A DNA stretch of 64,000 bases, taken from the NCBI GenBank assembly GCA_023213395.1, contig CM041465.1, forward strand, positions 171,933,741 through 171,997,740, in the 5' to 3' direction. The position numbers were made by a program, and so were the translations under genes. The notes below the pieces were generated by a model. That model worked only from the letters and a program-made list of their open reading frames with translations, had not been told where the DNA came from and searched no databases. Below, in pieces: positions 25,601 through 40,000 of this stretch. The stretch's first letter is position 1; the number at the start of each line of letters is the position of its first letter. The stretch is from Cycas panzhihuaensis (Eukaryota > Plantae > Cycadophyta).

Positions 25601-28600
25601 AAGCATTAAAGAAGCATATAGATCCTTGTTCTTTCTACATCATATCAAGCTAAAAAACTAGGTTGCATATCATCTAGTATTCTTTTACTTCTTTAGAAAG
25701 GAAAAGGTTCATTAGCCCATTTACTTGATTTAATAAGATTTAAAGGAAAGGTTATTGCATATATACTTTTGAAAGTTTGAAAGATATCTTTATTTCATAT
25801 AAGTTTATCTCTATTATTTATTCTTTATTGTTCTTTTGCTTAGTGAATTTATTTTCCTTTTAGTTACTTTATTTATAGTATAAAAGGAACCTTTTTCAAA
25901 CCCTAAGTAAGACCATAAGTTTTAATTAATATATCATCATATTAAAAAGATAACTCCTGAATTAATCACTCTTATTTCTAACCTTACAAAGGAACTGGTT
26001 AGGACCCCTAAAATTACCACTACGCACACACTAATTGGTCTACTCGTATTGGATGAGAAAAGCCATTAGATTTAAGGTGTATTAGGTGGCAGGCTAAGGT
26101 GTAAAACCTATTCTTATTTAGTGTTTAGAGACCAAGGCTAGACCTAGAGAAGGTGAGTTCCTTGGTTCGAGTAATCTTCACCACTAGATCTATCGATAGG
26201 TATAAGTCTAGTGTAGGTGGTTCCATAATTTAGGGGAGTGTAAAAACCTCCGTAGTAGCCTGCATACTAAGGTGTATCAAGCCTTAAGCTTATGTACTAG
26301 TATATTGGGTCCTTGTTTTACCACTTGTAGTTAGGCACCACTAGATAGAATAACAACTAAAGGTTTCCCTTAGAGACCCCTAAATTTAGACCCTAAAAAC
26401 CTTATTAAGGACTAGTTCACCTTTGAAACTTTAGCTAAATTTTGGGATATTGACACTTGGTTTAAATTTAGAATTCAAACACTTATAAACCTTATTTATA
26501 AAAAACTTTAGCAAAAATAACCTCAAGCTTTAGTAATATAATTATTCTTAAATTCGATGGAAACAACTTCTTGAATTAGAGTGGGAGGATGAGACCCATT
26601 CTCATAGCTAATAAAATATGAGAGATTGTGAAATCAAGGTGCAATGAGTTAGGCCTAAATATAATTGATGCAAAAAAAATTACTTAAAAAAGAAAAAGTC
26701 AAGAAGGGCAACGATGCTCTTGCACTTATATTTGTGCACTAGAAGACTATGTTTTCCCTTGGGTTAGTGAATCCACTAAATTAAAAGAAGCATGGGATAC
26801 ATTTCAGTTGATCTATGAAGGAGTTGCATCCTCCAAGCTCCAAAATCTTAGAAGCAAGTTTGAGAACTTGTGTATGATACCCATAGAATTGGTAATAGAA
26901 TTTATGACCAAAGTTCAGGATATAGTCAACCAGATGAGGTCTCTTAAGGATACTTTAATAGAACAAAGGGTGGTTGAATGAATCTTATGATGTGTTGGTG
27001 CCGTTAGAAGATTTGAGATGGTTACCACAAGTATAGGTATGTTAAAGGACTTAAGTGCATTAAAGGTTGAACAACTAAGTGTTATGCTTATGTCAGTAGA
27101 AGAATAATAGAATGCCAATGAATTGCTTAAGCATGCCTTTCCCATTAAGGCTCAAATTTAATCAAATTCTCAAGAAGGAACTTCAAAATCTAGGGAATCA
27201 CCTCCTAAGAGAAGGGATAGGAACCCTAGAAGGGATGTTAGATAAGACCCTCCCAAGTATCAAGCCCCACTTCAAAGGAGACATGGAGGACATCAACAAA
27301 ATAAGAACCCTCCTAGGTACCCAAACTAAAGGAAATAATTTGAAGGACATATATGTTATCTAAATTATCAATGCAATGCTTAATCATCAAGGTCCAATAA
27401 GGATTATTATGATAATAGACCAAGAGAAAATCCTCCTCCACATCATGAGGAAAAGGGGAGACCTTCCAATGTTAATAGACCTCATCCATAAAGCAGAAGT
27501 TTAAGCTATAGAAGGAGAGATCCTTTATATTATTCCTATTTCCATAGAAGTGGTCATTCATAAGATAAGTGTTTTTCAAAACATAGACCACCCACCAAAG
27601 GAAGTGCCCATAACACAACAGAATTAGAGGACAATAATAGATTATTCTTATCGAGCTTCAATGCCAAGGAAGAAGAGGACGATAATTGATATATTTACTT
27701 AGGTTGTTCAACCTATATGACCCATAAGGAATACCTATTTTGAATATTGGATAAAAGCAAGAAGGGATCCATAATATTTAAAGATGATACCTCCCACGAA
27801 TCAATTGGTAGAGGTAATATATCCTTAATGATAGATATAAGAGAGTATAGATATCTTGATGATGTCTTATATATCCTAACTTTAAAGAAAAATTTATTAT
27901 CTATAGGGTAGATGATGAGACAAGACTACAAAGTTATCTTTGATAATGGTGAGTGTGTAATCAAAGATAAAAAGAGAAACAAAGTTATAGTTGAAAAAGG
28001 GAAGATGACCAAGGATCAATTATTCAAACTCATTCTTACTCTTTTAGGTACCTATGCCCTAAGAACTTCAATTAAATTGGATAACAAATAGTGGCATAGA
28101 AGATTTGGCCATCTTAATTATAATAATTTAGCCCTTATAAAGTGGATGGATATGGTAAATAGATTACCACATATTGAAGTAAACAAAAACCTATGTGAAT
28201 GATGTCTTCTTGGTAAACACCATGGGGAAAGTTTTCTATACTTTAGTCATCTAGCATTAGGTCCATTTCAATTGGTATATATAGATATTTGTAGACTAAT
28301 GAATATTCCCTGACTAGTAAGTGCTTGATACTTTATCACATTCATAGATGATTTCATAAGGAAGACATGGGTATTCTTCCTCAAATATAAATCAGATGCC
28401 TTTCAACACTTTGTTGACTTCAAAACCTTTATGGAGTGACAAAGTGGATATAGATTACTATCCCTAAGATTAAATAATAGGGGAGAATTTATCTCTAATG
28501 CATTTAAGAATTATTGTATACACCATGGTATTAGAAGATAGTTCACTAATCCATATACCCCACAATAAAACATTGTAGTAGAGAACAAAAATTGCACAAT

Positions 28601-31117
28601 AGTCGAAATGGCTAGGTATATGTTAAAGGATAAGAATTTGGGACATGCATTTTTGGATAAAGTAATACATACAGGTATATATTTACTCAACAGGTGCTCC
28701 ACTAAAGCCCTTAGATGGAAAACCCTTTAAGAAGCTTGGACTAGTTATAAACCAAGTATGCATTATCTTAGTCTTTGGATGCCTAGCCTATGCTCATATT
28801 CCTAATCAATGAAGATTCAAGTTATATGATCATAGGATTAAATGTATGTTCCTTGGTTATAGTAAAACATCTAAGTCATACAAAATTTATGACCCCAAAT
28901 TAAAAAGTGTCATGTTAAGCAGAGATGTTAAATTCTAAGAGGATGCTTATTATCAAGACATTTAAGAAAAGAATAAGGAAGTTACAATTAAGTTTGATAC
29001 ATCATCCAAACCTAAATATGTGGCTCCTATGTTTGACTCTAGAAGAGTCATCAATAAACCTAGTGGGGAGGGAACCCCCTCTCAACCTCCACCAAAAAAT
29101 CTACCAAAATGGATTCATCGGAATCATGACTTAAGTAACATATTGGACAATAATCATAGATCCACACGCTCACATAGGGTTAATTTTGCCCTCATGAGCA
29201 AAGTATTGGAGACTTATGAGCCTCAAACTTTTGATGAGGTTAATCAACATGCATGTTGGTGAAGAGTAATAGAAGATGAATACAACTCCATTGTTAAAAA
29301 TAACACTTGGAAGCTAGTTAATTTACCTTCAAAGAAAAAGGCTATTCATACCAAATGGATCTATAAAACCAAGTTTCTTTCAGATGACACTATTGACAAA
29401 TATAAGGCTAGATTGGTTACTAAGGGTTATTCCCAAAAAGAGGGCATTGACTATATTAAATCTTTTACCCTTGTAGCTTAGATGGAAATGGTTAAAATGA
29501 TAATGATCTTAACAGCCCGAATGGGTTGGAAAGTTTACTAAATGGATGTTAAAAGTGTCTTCCTCAATGACTATATTAAAGAAGATATTTATGTCACTTA
29601 ACCCCTTAGTTTTGAAGTCAGGGGGGCAGAAAACAAAGTGTATAAACTAAAAAAGACACTTTATAGATTAAAACAAGCACCCAGGGCTTGGTATTCTTGC
29701 ATATAGAAATACTTCAGAGATTAAGGATTTAAAATACCTCAAGTAGATCCTAATTTGTATATTCAAATCAAGGGAGATTCAATCTTAATAGTAGGAATTT
29801 ATGTGGATGACCTTGTATATACTGGAAATGACTCTCATTTATTGCAACAATTCAAAGATGTTATATATAAAAAATTTAAAATAACAGGTTTGGGGCTAAT
29901 GCATTACTTCTTAGGTTTGGAATTATGGTAAGACAAGAAGGGCATTTTCATTTACTAATGAAAATATACTTTAGATTTATTACAAAAGTTTAGGATGACT
30001 GATTATAAACCATTAGCAACTCTAGCAGAAATTAGAATTGAGGGTTCTAAGTCAAATCATTCTACATTAGTCGATCCTATGCTTTATAAACAACTTATTA
30101 GCAACTTGATATATTTGACATCTACTTGACCAAATATAACACACTCAGTTAGTATTATGTCTAGATTTATACAAGATCCAAAGACCACCCATTGGCAAGT
30201 AGTTAAGAGAATTCTCTCATATCTCAAAGGAACTCTAAAATAGGAGTTATACTATAAAGCTTCTCTAAAATTTTAGTTAACTGGCTATATAGAATTAGAT
30301 TAGGCAAGAGACATTGATGACAAGAAATCAATAATAGGTTATATATTTAGTATGGGATCGGTAGCCATAGTATGGAGTACAAAGAAATAAAACACATTTT
30401 TCTTATCTATGGCTCAGGTAGAGTACAAAGCAAGAGTTATAGATGCATGTAAATTAGTTTGGTTGAGAAGACTACTACAAGATTTTTAGCTAAAATAAAA
30501 AGGTCCTACCAAAATTTAGTGTGATAATCAGAGCACTATTCAAATGGAAAAGAATCTAATTTTTCATGGCAAAATAAAACATATTGAGACTCAACATCAC
30601 TTTCTTCAAGAACTAATATAAGTTGAAGAAATTGAATTGGCCTATTGTATCACTGAATACCAAACAATAAATATATTTACAAAGGCATTAGGTAAAGTTA
30701 AATTCTAAAAGTTTAGAGACAACTTGGGAGTTATTCACATTAGGTATTATGGGAGAAAATATTGGGATAACACCCAATGTGTATTTGTAGATATGTACTT
30801 AGGGCCCCTCAAAGCCACCTTTAAGGATCCTTAAGGTATCTTGAGCTGTAAATCAGCTGCAAGTAGCCACCATATACTGACACAATTCTATTAAGGTATA
30901 TACTCTTTATTAATTTTATTATTTTTTTAATATTAACTTGAAATCATATGTAAGTTGAGTTGAGATACTTACCACCTCCCCAAATTTATCTATAAAAAGG
31001 GAGGGAATACCTCCCTGGTGTTTTTTAACACTACCCACTATTCATTTAGAAATCTTTAATCAAAAGAAAAAGAATGCACTTGCCATTGTGAAGTCCCACT
31101 TAGCATCTCATCCTTCA
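22636..31117 (+). mobile_element. Full-length decayed Ty1/copia element, copy 2 (same family as copy 1), inserted in the chromovirus 5' LTR
   Basis: TSD AATTC (22631-22635, 31118-31122). LTRs 22636-22993 and 30760-31117. PBS TGGTATCAGAG at 22996, PPT GGGAGAAAA 30751-30759. Confidence 0.96.
26517..30750 (+). pseudogene. Copia gag-pol, copy 2 (start codon decayed to ATA, many stops)
   Basis: Colinear with 11741-15930. YVDD intact at ~29799-29810; shares NFALMSKVLETYEPQTF. Confidence 0.94.
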
Positions 31118-31391
31118 AATTCAAATAATAAATATACATCAAAATGTATAATAATATGATCTCTTGATAATATTTCAATATAATAAACCATATGCATTTC
31201 CTGGACCTTAGATAGATAATGATGGCCACCTTATATAGAATCTCATTGAAAGGAGAATTGACTTACAATCCTATTAGTGGGCTAAACAACCTATATTTAA
31301 AAGTTAATGGCCCCTACTAATCAGTAGGTTACTTGTTCACATGTATCAATAGTCACTCTCCACAGTTAACAAGCAGTTATATAACACTATT

Positions 31392-32473
31392 TATTAGTAC
31401 TTTCTTCTATAATATTTTGGTTTATAGTAGAACATGGTAAGATAACCTTAAATAATTAGATATAACCTTGTAAACATTGAGGGATAATAGATTCTACACA
31501 AAAATGTCTAAATAAAGCTTTAGTTGACAATCGCTACATTATTTAAGACACATAATATTATCAGAGGATGAATGCCTAATTGACCTGACTAAGGTTTTAA
31601 CCATTATTGATTAATTAAAACTAAAAAATATAGGGACTTTTAGGCCTTACTAGCTACTATAAGAAAGTTATGAAGAAATATATAATTATAATAAGCCCAC
31701 TCACATATTTATATAAGAACAATGACTTATATTAAGGCAATATGACATATAAAAGTTTTAATTATCTTAAGATTTCCTATATATGTCCTTGTCATGCTAG
31801 ATTTTTCTTAACCCTTTACTATTAAATGTGGCACATCTTAGGACTTGGATTGGTATAACACTCCTTTAAAATGATAGGCTGTTATATTTAAGATTTGAAA
31901 GTTGAACCTTAGGAAATAAGATAGGAGAACTTATGATAAAGAGATGGTTATAATTTTGAACACCTTATAAAAATGGTAATAGTGCTTACTTGTAAGTAAA
32001 TTTATAATAAAGGATCATTATAACTTGCAATAATTTCTATCATAGTTGAACCTCTTTAGAGAATAATATAAGTGGATAAGTAAGATTCAATATTATGATT
32101 TCAAAATCACATATAAAAGGGTTAGTGACAATGTTATAACAAGTGCCTTTTAAGGAAACATAAAGAAAGAAATTGTGTAACTATATTAATTACTCAATCT
32201 TCATGGCTAGATAAACCTTGACATGAATATGCCACTAGTTAAGAGATTGACATACTCATCTAGAAATATAATGTCATAGTACCATGACCTAGTTAGACCA
32301 TAAGGGTAGGACTCTATTATATAAAAGTATAATATACCTTTTGAGTAGTTCAAGCCTTAAGGATAAAGTACTTCAAGAACACCATTAATCCTCTTCAATT
32401 AGCCATGTGGGATTCATAGAGAGTTACAAAAAAGTTAAGAGATCATTTTACTAGAAGAAAATAAAAGGCAATG
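31392..32473 (+). pseudogene. Host chromovirus pol segment 2 (RT core, RNase H, start of INT zinc finger)
   Basis: FFYNILVYSRTW (decayed FFDDILVYS), LGLTSYYKK, TYDKEM, HVGFIESYKKVKRSFY. Confidence 0.85.
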
Positions 32474-33729
32474 TATTGCCCCATAAAGGTATAATAGTTT
32501 AAATTTTTTACTATATTTTAAGGAAAGGACCTAGAATAGGGCTATGCTTTTTTATTTTCATTATGTAATAAAAGATCATATCAGCATTAAGGCTACTTTG
32601 ACATAATGGAAAAATTAATCCCAAGTGTTTGTAGTCATGTTTTGCTTCAGTGGGACATCAACCTTATGACATATTTAAAATATAGAAAAACCATAAAAAA
32701 AAGACAAACTTTGATGAGAAGATATAAGGCGAAGGGTTTTAAGGAATGTTTCCTAGAAAACATTCTCTAATAAAAAGATATTAAAATGCTTCATGATCGA
32801 AGAAAAGGCATACCAAGTAGGAAGTCCCAAAGTGGGGAGCTTCCAATAAAGAAAAGGATGAATGAGAGAAAGTAGAAAATAATTTATCTTCCTATTATTT
32901 CTAGTCTTGCAGGCTTAGTTTTCATATATAACCTATTTTTGTTCTAAATATACTTTTTGAGTTACTAAGTAGGAAGGTGTCAGATAGAAAAATAACTTGC
33001 AGGAAGACCCAACTAAAGAGATTAAACAATGGGTCTTACTTTTCTTACCAATTTATGCTTCTTCTAATGATTGTCCTATTAGACAAACATAAAGTAAGAA
33101 GGGGATATAAAGAAAAGAGTACCAAGTGAGAGTTACCAAAGTAAGAAATCACCAAGTAGGAAGCCACAAGGTGAGATAAAGAATAGCAAGTAACAAGCCC
33201 ACAGAATGTTTTCCCAAAAGTTACTTCAATTCAAAGATACCATTTAGAAAAACATAATCATCAAGTGGGAGGAAATAAGGTGGGGAAAACCATTAAATGA
33301 TAAAGATTATTCCTACTAGTGACTTCCTTGTGAGGAGACCTCTCCATTGAGTTTTGTTCCCCAAATAAAAATTATCATGTAGGAAAGAGGTCTATGGGAG
33401 AAGAAAGTTTCATATGCCACTAAAATTTAATAGACATTCTTGAATTATACATAGGTATTAATGATTGTACATATGAGGATTAATGTCAAGCATGCATAAA
33501 GGATACTTATACCCTATTAACCTTTTTTCCTTCTTATTTGACATACAACATATAGAGTTTAGAAGGAATTTACTACAAAGCATTTATAGAATTTTATTAA
33601 CATTTCTAGAGAAGATTTCAAGTTGGTAACTCATTTTCCTCATCTTCGTTTACATATAGGAAGGTAGTCAAAATCTCAAGTGCATGCAATTTTCTTTTCC
33701 TTTACATTTTAGTAAATAAAGGAGGTAAG

Positions 33730-36700
33730 ATGTTGACCGTTAAAGATATAAAGTTAACACTTCAATAATCAAATTCTCAACTATGCCTAGACTACAAAAA
33801 TAATGAGGATGCTATGCAGTGCTATGGTCTAGCTAAGATCCCCCTAATCCTCAAGATGTTCCTATGCCCTAAGTTAATAAGGCAATTGTTGTTATGTGTG
33901 GACTAAGAAGCAAGAGTAATCTTGGGACCTAATAATCAAATCATTGCATCTCTTGTCACCAAACACTTTTGAGAAATACTCAAACTCACAAAGCCAAAAT
34001 AGCTTATGATGTAATAAATCTACAAAAAATGGTAGGAAATGATAAAGAAATTGCCAAGGAAATGGGAGATTAGTACATGGAGAAACTTTAAAAAGACATG
34101 AAGAAAAAAACCGCAAAGATGGAGTTATTCAAGGATCATATAAGTCTATGGAATTTTCTCTTATTATGGGATTTTAGTTTAAGTGATGATACCAAAATGC
34201 ACCTAACAAAAGCCTTTATTACATTCAAATTTTTAAAGGAAGATTTTTTGCTAAACTGGGTAGAGATTTTTAGCTAGACTATCTTGGAGTAACTCTGTGG
34301 CTTAAATCAAGCTACCTAATTTTATATGACTTCTTATTTGATTTATGCCATATTAGGAACTATGGGATTCCCTACTTTCTTACTCAAGACTAAGATAAAT
34401 AATGCCCCAATCTAGTTATGGTATGTAAAGGCTTGAGAAAATAAAATTCCTTCTCATCCTTACTCTAGGGTTAAGAATTTTTAGATAGAGATTATTATCA
34501 ATCTACAACCCTAAGTTAGAAAAGATGAATATGTAAAACTTTGGTTGTGAGGGTAGGATGGTATATTACAATCTAGTTAAGAATTATATTACAATCTAGT
34601 TATATTTTTTTAAGGGATCAACCTTATATTTACCATTATACTCTCCGTCCCCTTACTTATTTTACATAGAGGTATGCATACAATTATCACATATTAGAGA
34701 AGTATTATATCCTGTTACTAGAAAAACTCCTTTGTAATCCAAAGATTTATCTATTAGATATTGGGGCACTAGTGTTTAGTCTAAAATTGACTTAGAGGGG
34801 AAATAATTTAAAGTTAATAATTTAAAGAAGGTACCCCCAAGATATTATGATCCTGATGGAATTATAGAAAATTATATAAAAATAATTAAGATAATACTTA
34901 AAGTGCATCAACTCAATGGTCTTGAAGTTTTCTAAAATCAAGATAATAAGGGAAAGGGATGTTTGAATCATCTTGTGTTTTATTAAGACACATAGTCAAC
35001 TACCCAAGCATTTACAAATTCCTAACAAGGAAGAAAAAACTATAGAAGTAACAAAGAAGCAAGTATAAGAGCATAGAAAAGGAAGGTATATGAGGAGTCA
35101 TGAGATAAAGAGAAGAAGAAAAACAAAAATTCTTACTACCATATTTTATATCACCTTTGCCCATTACTATAGAGTCAACATTATAAAGTCTTGTAATGAT
35201 AAAGAAAAAGGCCACAATAGTCATTACGATGAAGGATACTTAAGTAGCTATCACACCTACCATAAAACCCAAGGGGAAACTACCTAAGACACTACTTTAT
35301 TTGGTCTTTGATACATCTACAACCATACCTACACCATAGGGATTAGACATGAAAATAATATAGGAAGGCATGAAAGAGGGATACCATTGTATACAAGTAT
35401 ATGATACTGATAATGCTCTAGTTGACCCTATTAAGGAAGGAATAACATCATAGACTAAAATTCAACTCATTGGTAAGGAAATAATATAGGCTCCAGATAT
35501 AGCCTTACGTCCTTAATAATAGCTCCGTGTGGAAACAACTATTGAAAAAATAGTAGAAGTTATAAGCTTAGAGGGAGGACAAGATATTATTAAGATACAA
35601 TAAATACTAAAGGAAGTAGAACATTCCTTAAAATATATAGAAATATCTATCATGGATTAGGTAGGAATCCATGATGATCATATCAAATAGCTAACAATCC
35701 ATGACCTACATTTTGAATGCCTTCTACAATCCCTAAAGTCTACTATGAAAGAAATCGGTCTTAAGCTTAAGACAAGTCAAGGGGATGATAAAATACTTTC
35801 AGTCAACTAAGAGAGAGAAAGAGAAATAAATCCCTACATGATATAATAGATTAAGAATAGAATATTTTTTTTCACTCCTAACTCATCCATAATTTTTTAT
35901 GAATATGTTAAGGAAAGGTTTTATTATTGGGATAGAAAGGAGAGAATCATTAAGAAGATAATTATATAGAGAGAAAAGGTTATTGAATCTTCTACTTAGT
36001 CTACTTATAATGTTATACTTAAATTTGTAGATCTATGCATGACCATTAGGTAAGTGGTGAAAGATAAAGTAATAGGACTTTAGATTCAATTACAATTGGT
36101 GATGGAGGAAAATACTCTAATTTGAGAAGACAACTCAGTACTAAATCAACAATAAAACTAAATGAAAAACACTTGGTAGGACACTGTAAAGGATATGACC
36201 TTGGATCAAATAGATCTTAGGATTGATGAGTGGGTAACTAGAATCAAAATGGCCAAAAAATCATTAAGATTAAATATAATATATATAAGAAATGTTTTTA
36301 GAAGGGAAGACCTTTTAAGACCCTATTTCTAGAACTTCTTTTAAAGAATTGTTCACTTGCATAATAGAATTCAAAGTCTAAGGAATACAGTAATTAAATT
36401 TTAGAATTATTGTGTCATGGAGTTATAGCCTAAAGGTGGTTTCACTAAATTTCAAAAGGAAGTAACCTTGAGAACAACCCAGAATAAACAAAATCATACT
36501 AATCTTATTCTATAGTGGCATCATGTGCTAGAGTCAGGAACAGACAATTATAAGAAAATCACTCTCATGCTGGATGATCTTGAAAGGATTTTAAATAATA
36601 TTTTAATAAATATTTTTTCTTCAATTTATTTTATTAATATATCTATATTAAACCAAGGATTCATAGTGTATAATCATGAGTTTAACAAATTGGTAGCTTG

Positions 36701-37009
36701 GTAGTTGGAGAAATAGATAGAAGAAGGTAGTATATGGACTTAATAACGATAAAGGAAGCTAAACAATGGACTACACTAATATGGGACTAGAGTAAATACT
36801 AGATTTCACTCAAGAATTTAATAGACTCCTAAGAGCATAAATTAAACAAAATTAGAGAAAAGATATATAAAGAAGAGGGATATTTAGAACTCATCAAGCC
36901 TTATATTCTATAAGCCATGAACTTCCAAATCAAAGCTGACACTACTAAAACCTCTTCAACCATCAAACAACAAAATTAAACACCATCATTAAAAGATACT
37001 AATGACTAA
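33730..37009 (+). pseudogene. LTR-embedded extra ORF (~1090 codons) of unknown function, 5' LTR copy
   Basis: Starts MLTVKDIKLTL and includes FLCPKLI and FYMTSYLIYAI. Several of its stops are sense codons in the other LTR copy and vice versa. The 3' end is approximate. Confidence 0.75.
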
Positions 37010-37014
37010 CTATT

Positions 37015-40000
37015 TAATGGGTGTAATACCCAATTACATATTAGCCTTATGTAATATCTCTCTCTATTTATTTATATTTTTATATTAGAGGTTATTGGCC
37101 ACATAGAGATATATACCACCTCTAAGTTGACTAATGGGGTTCTCTCACTAATGGTAAGTATGTATTATAAGTATGTACTTTTTCATTCTCTATAATTTAA
37201 ATTTTAGCCAATTCTCCACATATGGTATTTATTTATATACATGCTTCATCTTACTTATACTTTATTACTTTATCTTTAACTCACCATTAGATGTTGTGTA
37301 TATTTCATTTTTAATTCTTAACACAGTATCAAAGCCCAAGGTTTAATCTTTAGAGATATCATTATAAACCCTACTACATGTTATCCTTATTTTAATTTTT
37401 TAAGTCTTGTTAATTTTTTTATGTGCCTATTCTATGACCTATTCCCTTGAAGGATCATTTCAATTTATTTGAATCCATCTTATGCATATTTTATTACAGG
37501 ACTATTACCAACTTTTGAGGAGTTATTTTAAGGATTTCTTTTGTAGCTAATTTGAAGCCTATTTAGGTTACTCAAATGGATATTTTATGTGCATGTGGCA
37601 CCATAATAATATTGCATACAGGATCTTCATGGTGAAAGTCCATAGAAAATTCCTTGTATAGATTCCAATTACTATATGACCATCCCCTTTGCATGTCAGT
37701 GGACAAGAATATAATAGGATCGTTGACAGTAGTTGATAGAGCCCTTCTTAGCTAGGAGTAACTCTATTTCAAAAGGATATGAAGATTTACAGGTGAATAA
37801 AGGTCATTCATGTGTGTGTGTGTGTGTGTGTGTGTACTCTATTTATGGCTTATTGTATTGAAAAATCAAAATATTATATTTATGGCCTTTAATATTTAAT
37901 CTATGTTTTATGTATCTTTTATAAAAAAAAGAGGAAAGATTATTAAGTTTTCTTATTGATTTTATTTTTTAGAGAAATGAACTTGTACTAATTCATAACA
38001 AGCCTTTGAAGCACTTGAACATCCAAGTATGCCACATCTATGAAGGGGTCAACCAAAATATTATGGTCATGTTTTAAACAAGGTATGTTTTTTGATATAC
38101 TGGAATTCTTAGGAGTTATCTTATAATTAGTTACCCTCTATTATTGTGAGTTCCCCAAAGAAGAGAATTTTGGAAGATAGTAGCTATAAGCATCAATTTC
38201 CATGTGAATTTCCATACGACTGGGTTCCTCTACCCTTCAATTAGATTTGTCTTTATGCTCACCAGACTTGTTGATAGTTGGGTTGAGCAAAATTGATGAA
38301 GATGATGATTACATGGTAAGGTTAGTTGAGTGAGTCACTTATTCCATGGTAGATGGTGATGATATCTCTACTAATAATGAAATATGATATAGAATAAGAA
38401 TGAGATAAGATCGGAATAAGGAAATTATAGCTAATTGAACTCAACTTTCCATTTCGTGCATATTTAAACTATTCTAAAGCTTTTCATTAACTTTAATAAC
38501 ATTAAGTTAAGGTTAAGGGTATTCTATCCTATGAATGACAAGATCATGCAGATTGAACTACACCCTAAAGTAAATCTTCCATTAGACCTTCCATAGTTAC
38601 CTTGAGACACTTTCCCTATACAAGTTTAGTATTGAGGGAAGTGACTATAATGGCTCCTAAGTTCACTATATTGAAGCTCCTAAGTGACTAAGTGCTTATT
38701 AAGATCAAGAGAATCAAAGAGAAGACTCAAGGGATTATATTTCTACTTATCATAGCCCAGAAAAAACCCCAAGGAGATGAGGTCATAACTATTAGTGAGG
38801 TTGTGGTTATTGGTGGTTGTAAGACTGTTAGTAAATTTTGCCTCACTATATCTCCATTCATGGCCACCACCTCGCCATCATCAACATGTAAACCTACAAT
38901 CTCAAAGGTGACTGCTTAAGCAAATATTGAAGGTGGAAGAAAATTAATGTCATCGCAAACCTATGCAGAGGAACAATGGCCACTTGTAAACTTACAATAA
39001 AAATCAATGGCAGCTAGAGGAGTGTCCCCTTACCCTATCACTAGTGGCTACTTATAAGTTGCAGAGATGAAGATAGCAAAACCCTACTAATATTAAGATT
39101 AATCTTTTTTCAATAATTTTTGCTTTGGCATATGATATTTTTAGGAAGGCATATGTAAATCTCTATTCAAAGGGCTTAATTATTTTTTGCATTTATAAAT
39201 TTAAATTTAATCAGATTGGATACTTTCTTTGGGTCTATCTAGCCCCCCTTATGCCTTAGCCCCTTAGTCAATTACAACAATCATATGACCTCCAACTCCT
39301 AGTGAAAGGGGCTTAACCCCTAATTTACATACTTTATAGAGTACTCATCACAGTTTTGATGATATCTTGAGCTAGGGGGATCCTTTTTCAGTCCTATCTA
39401 TTATGATGGACTCATAACAGAGAGATCTTTCTACTGATAGTTCATTTGACACTATTTGGAGTTGTTTCCATGAAAAAATTTTAGTTCAAAGTCATAAGTT
39501 TATTTTTTCCAACTTCTTCAGGCACATATTATATTTTTAAGCCTCCATGATGTGATGTACTCTAAATGGAGGGGATAACATGTGCTAAGGTCTAATTTTT
39601 TACTCTAGAGAACCTATTAAGTTTTATTTTGTACTTCATTATATGAGAGAGAGCCATTAATGTAATAATTTAAGTCATATATATCCTTTTAAGTCATTTA
39701 TTAACTTTTATTATTAGTTTTTTAGCCCATTGAGGTAAATTTGAGGGCATAGAGACTATTGTATTTTCAACCATTAGATGCTAAAGAAGTAATAGTCTTA
39801 TTTAGCAAGAGGTAGGATACACTTTTATTAGCAAGAGGTAGGATACACTTTTTCAGTTACATACTTTTCACTTAAAGACTACTTACACTCTTATATAAGC
39901 AATGGGCGGGACCATTTTATAGCTACTATTACCAACTCTAATTGATCCACGTATATAAATAGAGTTCCTACTCACCTAACAGTTACAACAACTAGCAACC

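Larger units (their letters stand above)
2709..31386 (-). mobile_element. Full-length decayed Ty3/gypsy chromovirus with nested insertions
   Basis: TSD CTATT (2704-2708, 31387-31391). 3' LTR 2709-3102 (394 bp); 5' LTR 22507-22635 plus 31123-31386 (393 bp). Degenerate iMet PBS 22493-22504, PPT ~3104-3115. Order gag-PR-RT-RH-INT-chromodomain on the - strand. Confidence 0.93.

Noticed and set aside
33100-33300. CRISPR-like or regularly interspaced array
   Set aside because: The repeats are ~10 bp, degenerate and irregularly spaced inside a eukaryotic LTR, with no cas genes.
33716-33732. AAGGAGGT before the extra-ORF ATG as a Shine-Dalgarno site
   Set aside because: The context is a nuclear plant retroelement, so the match is most likely chance in purine-rich sequence.
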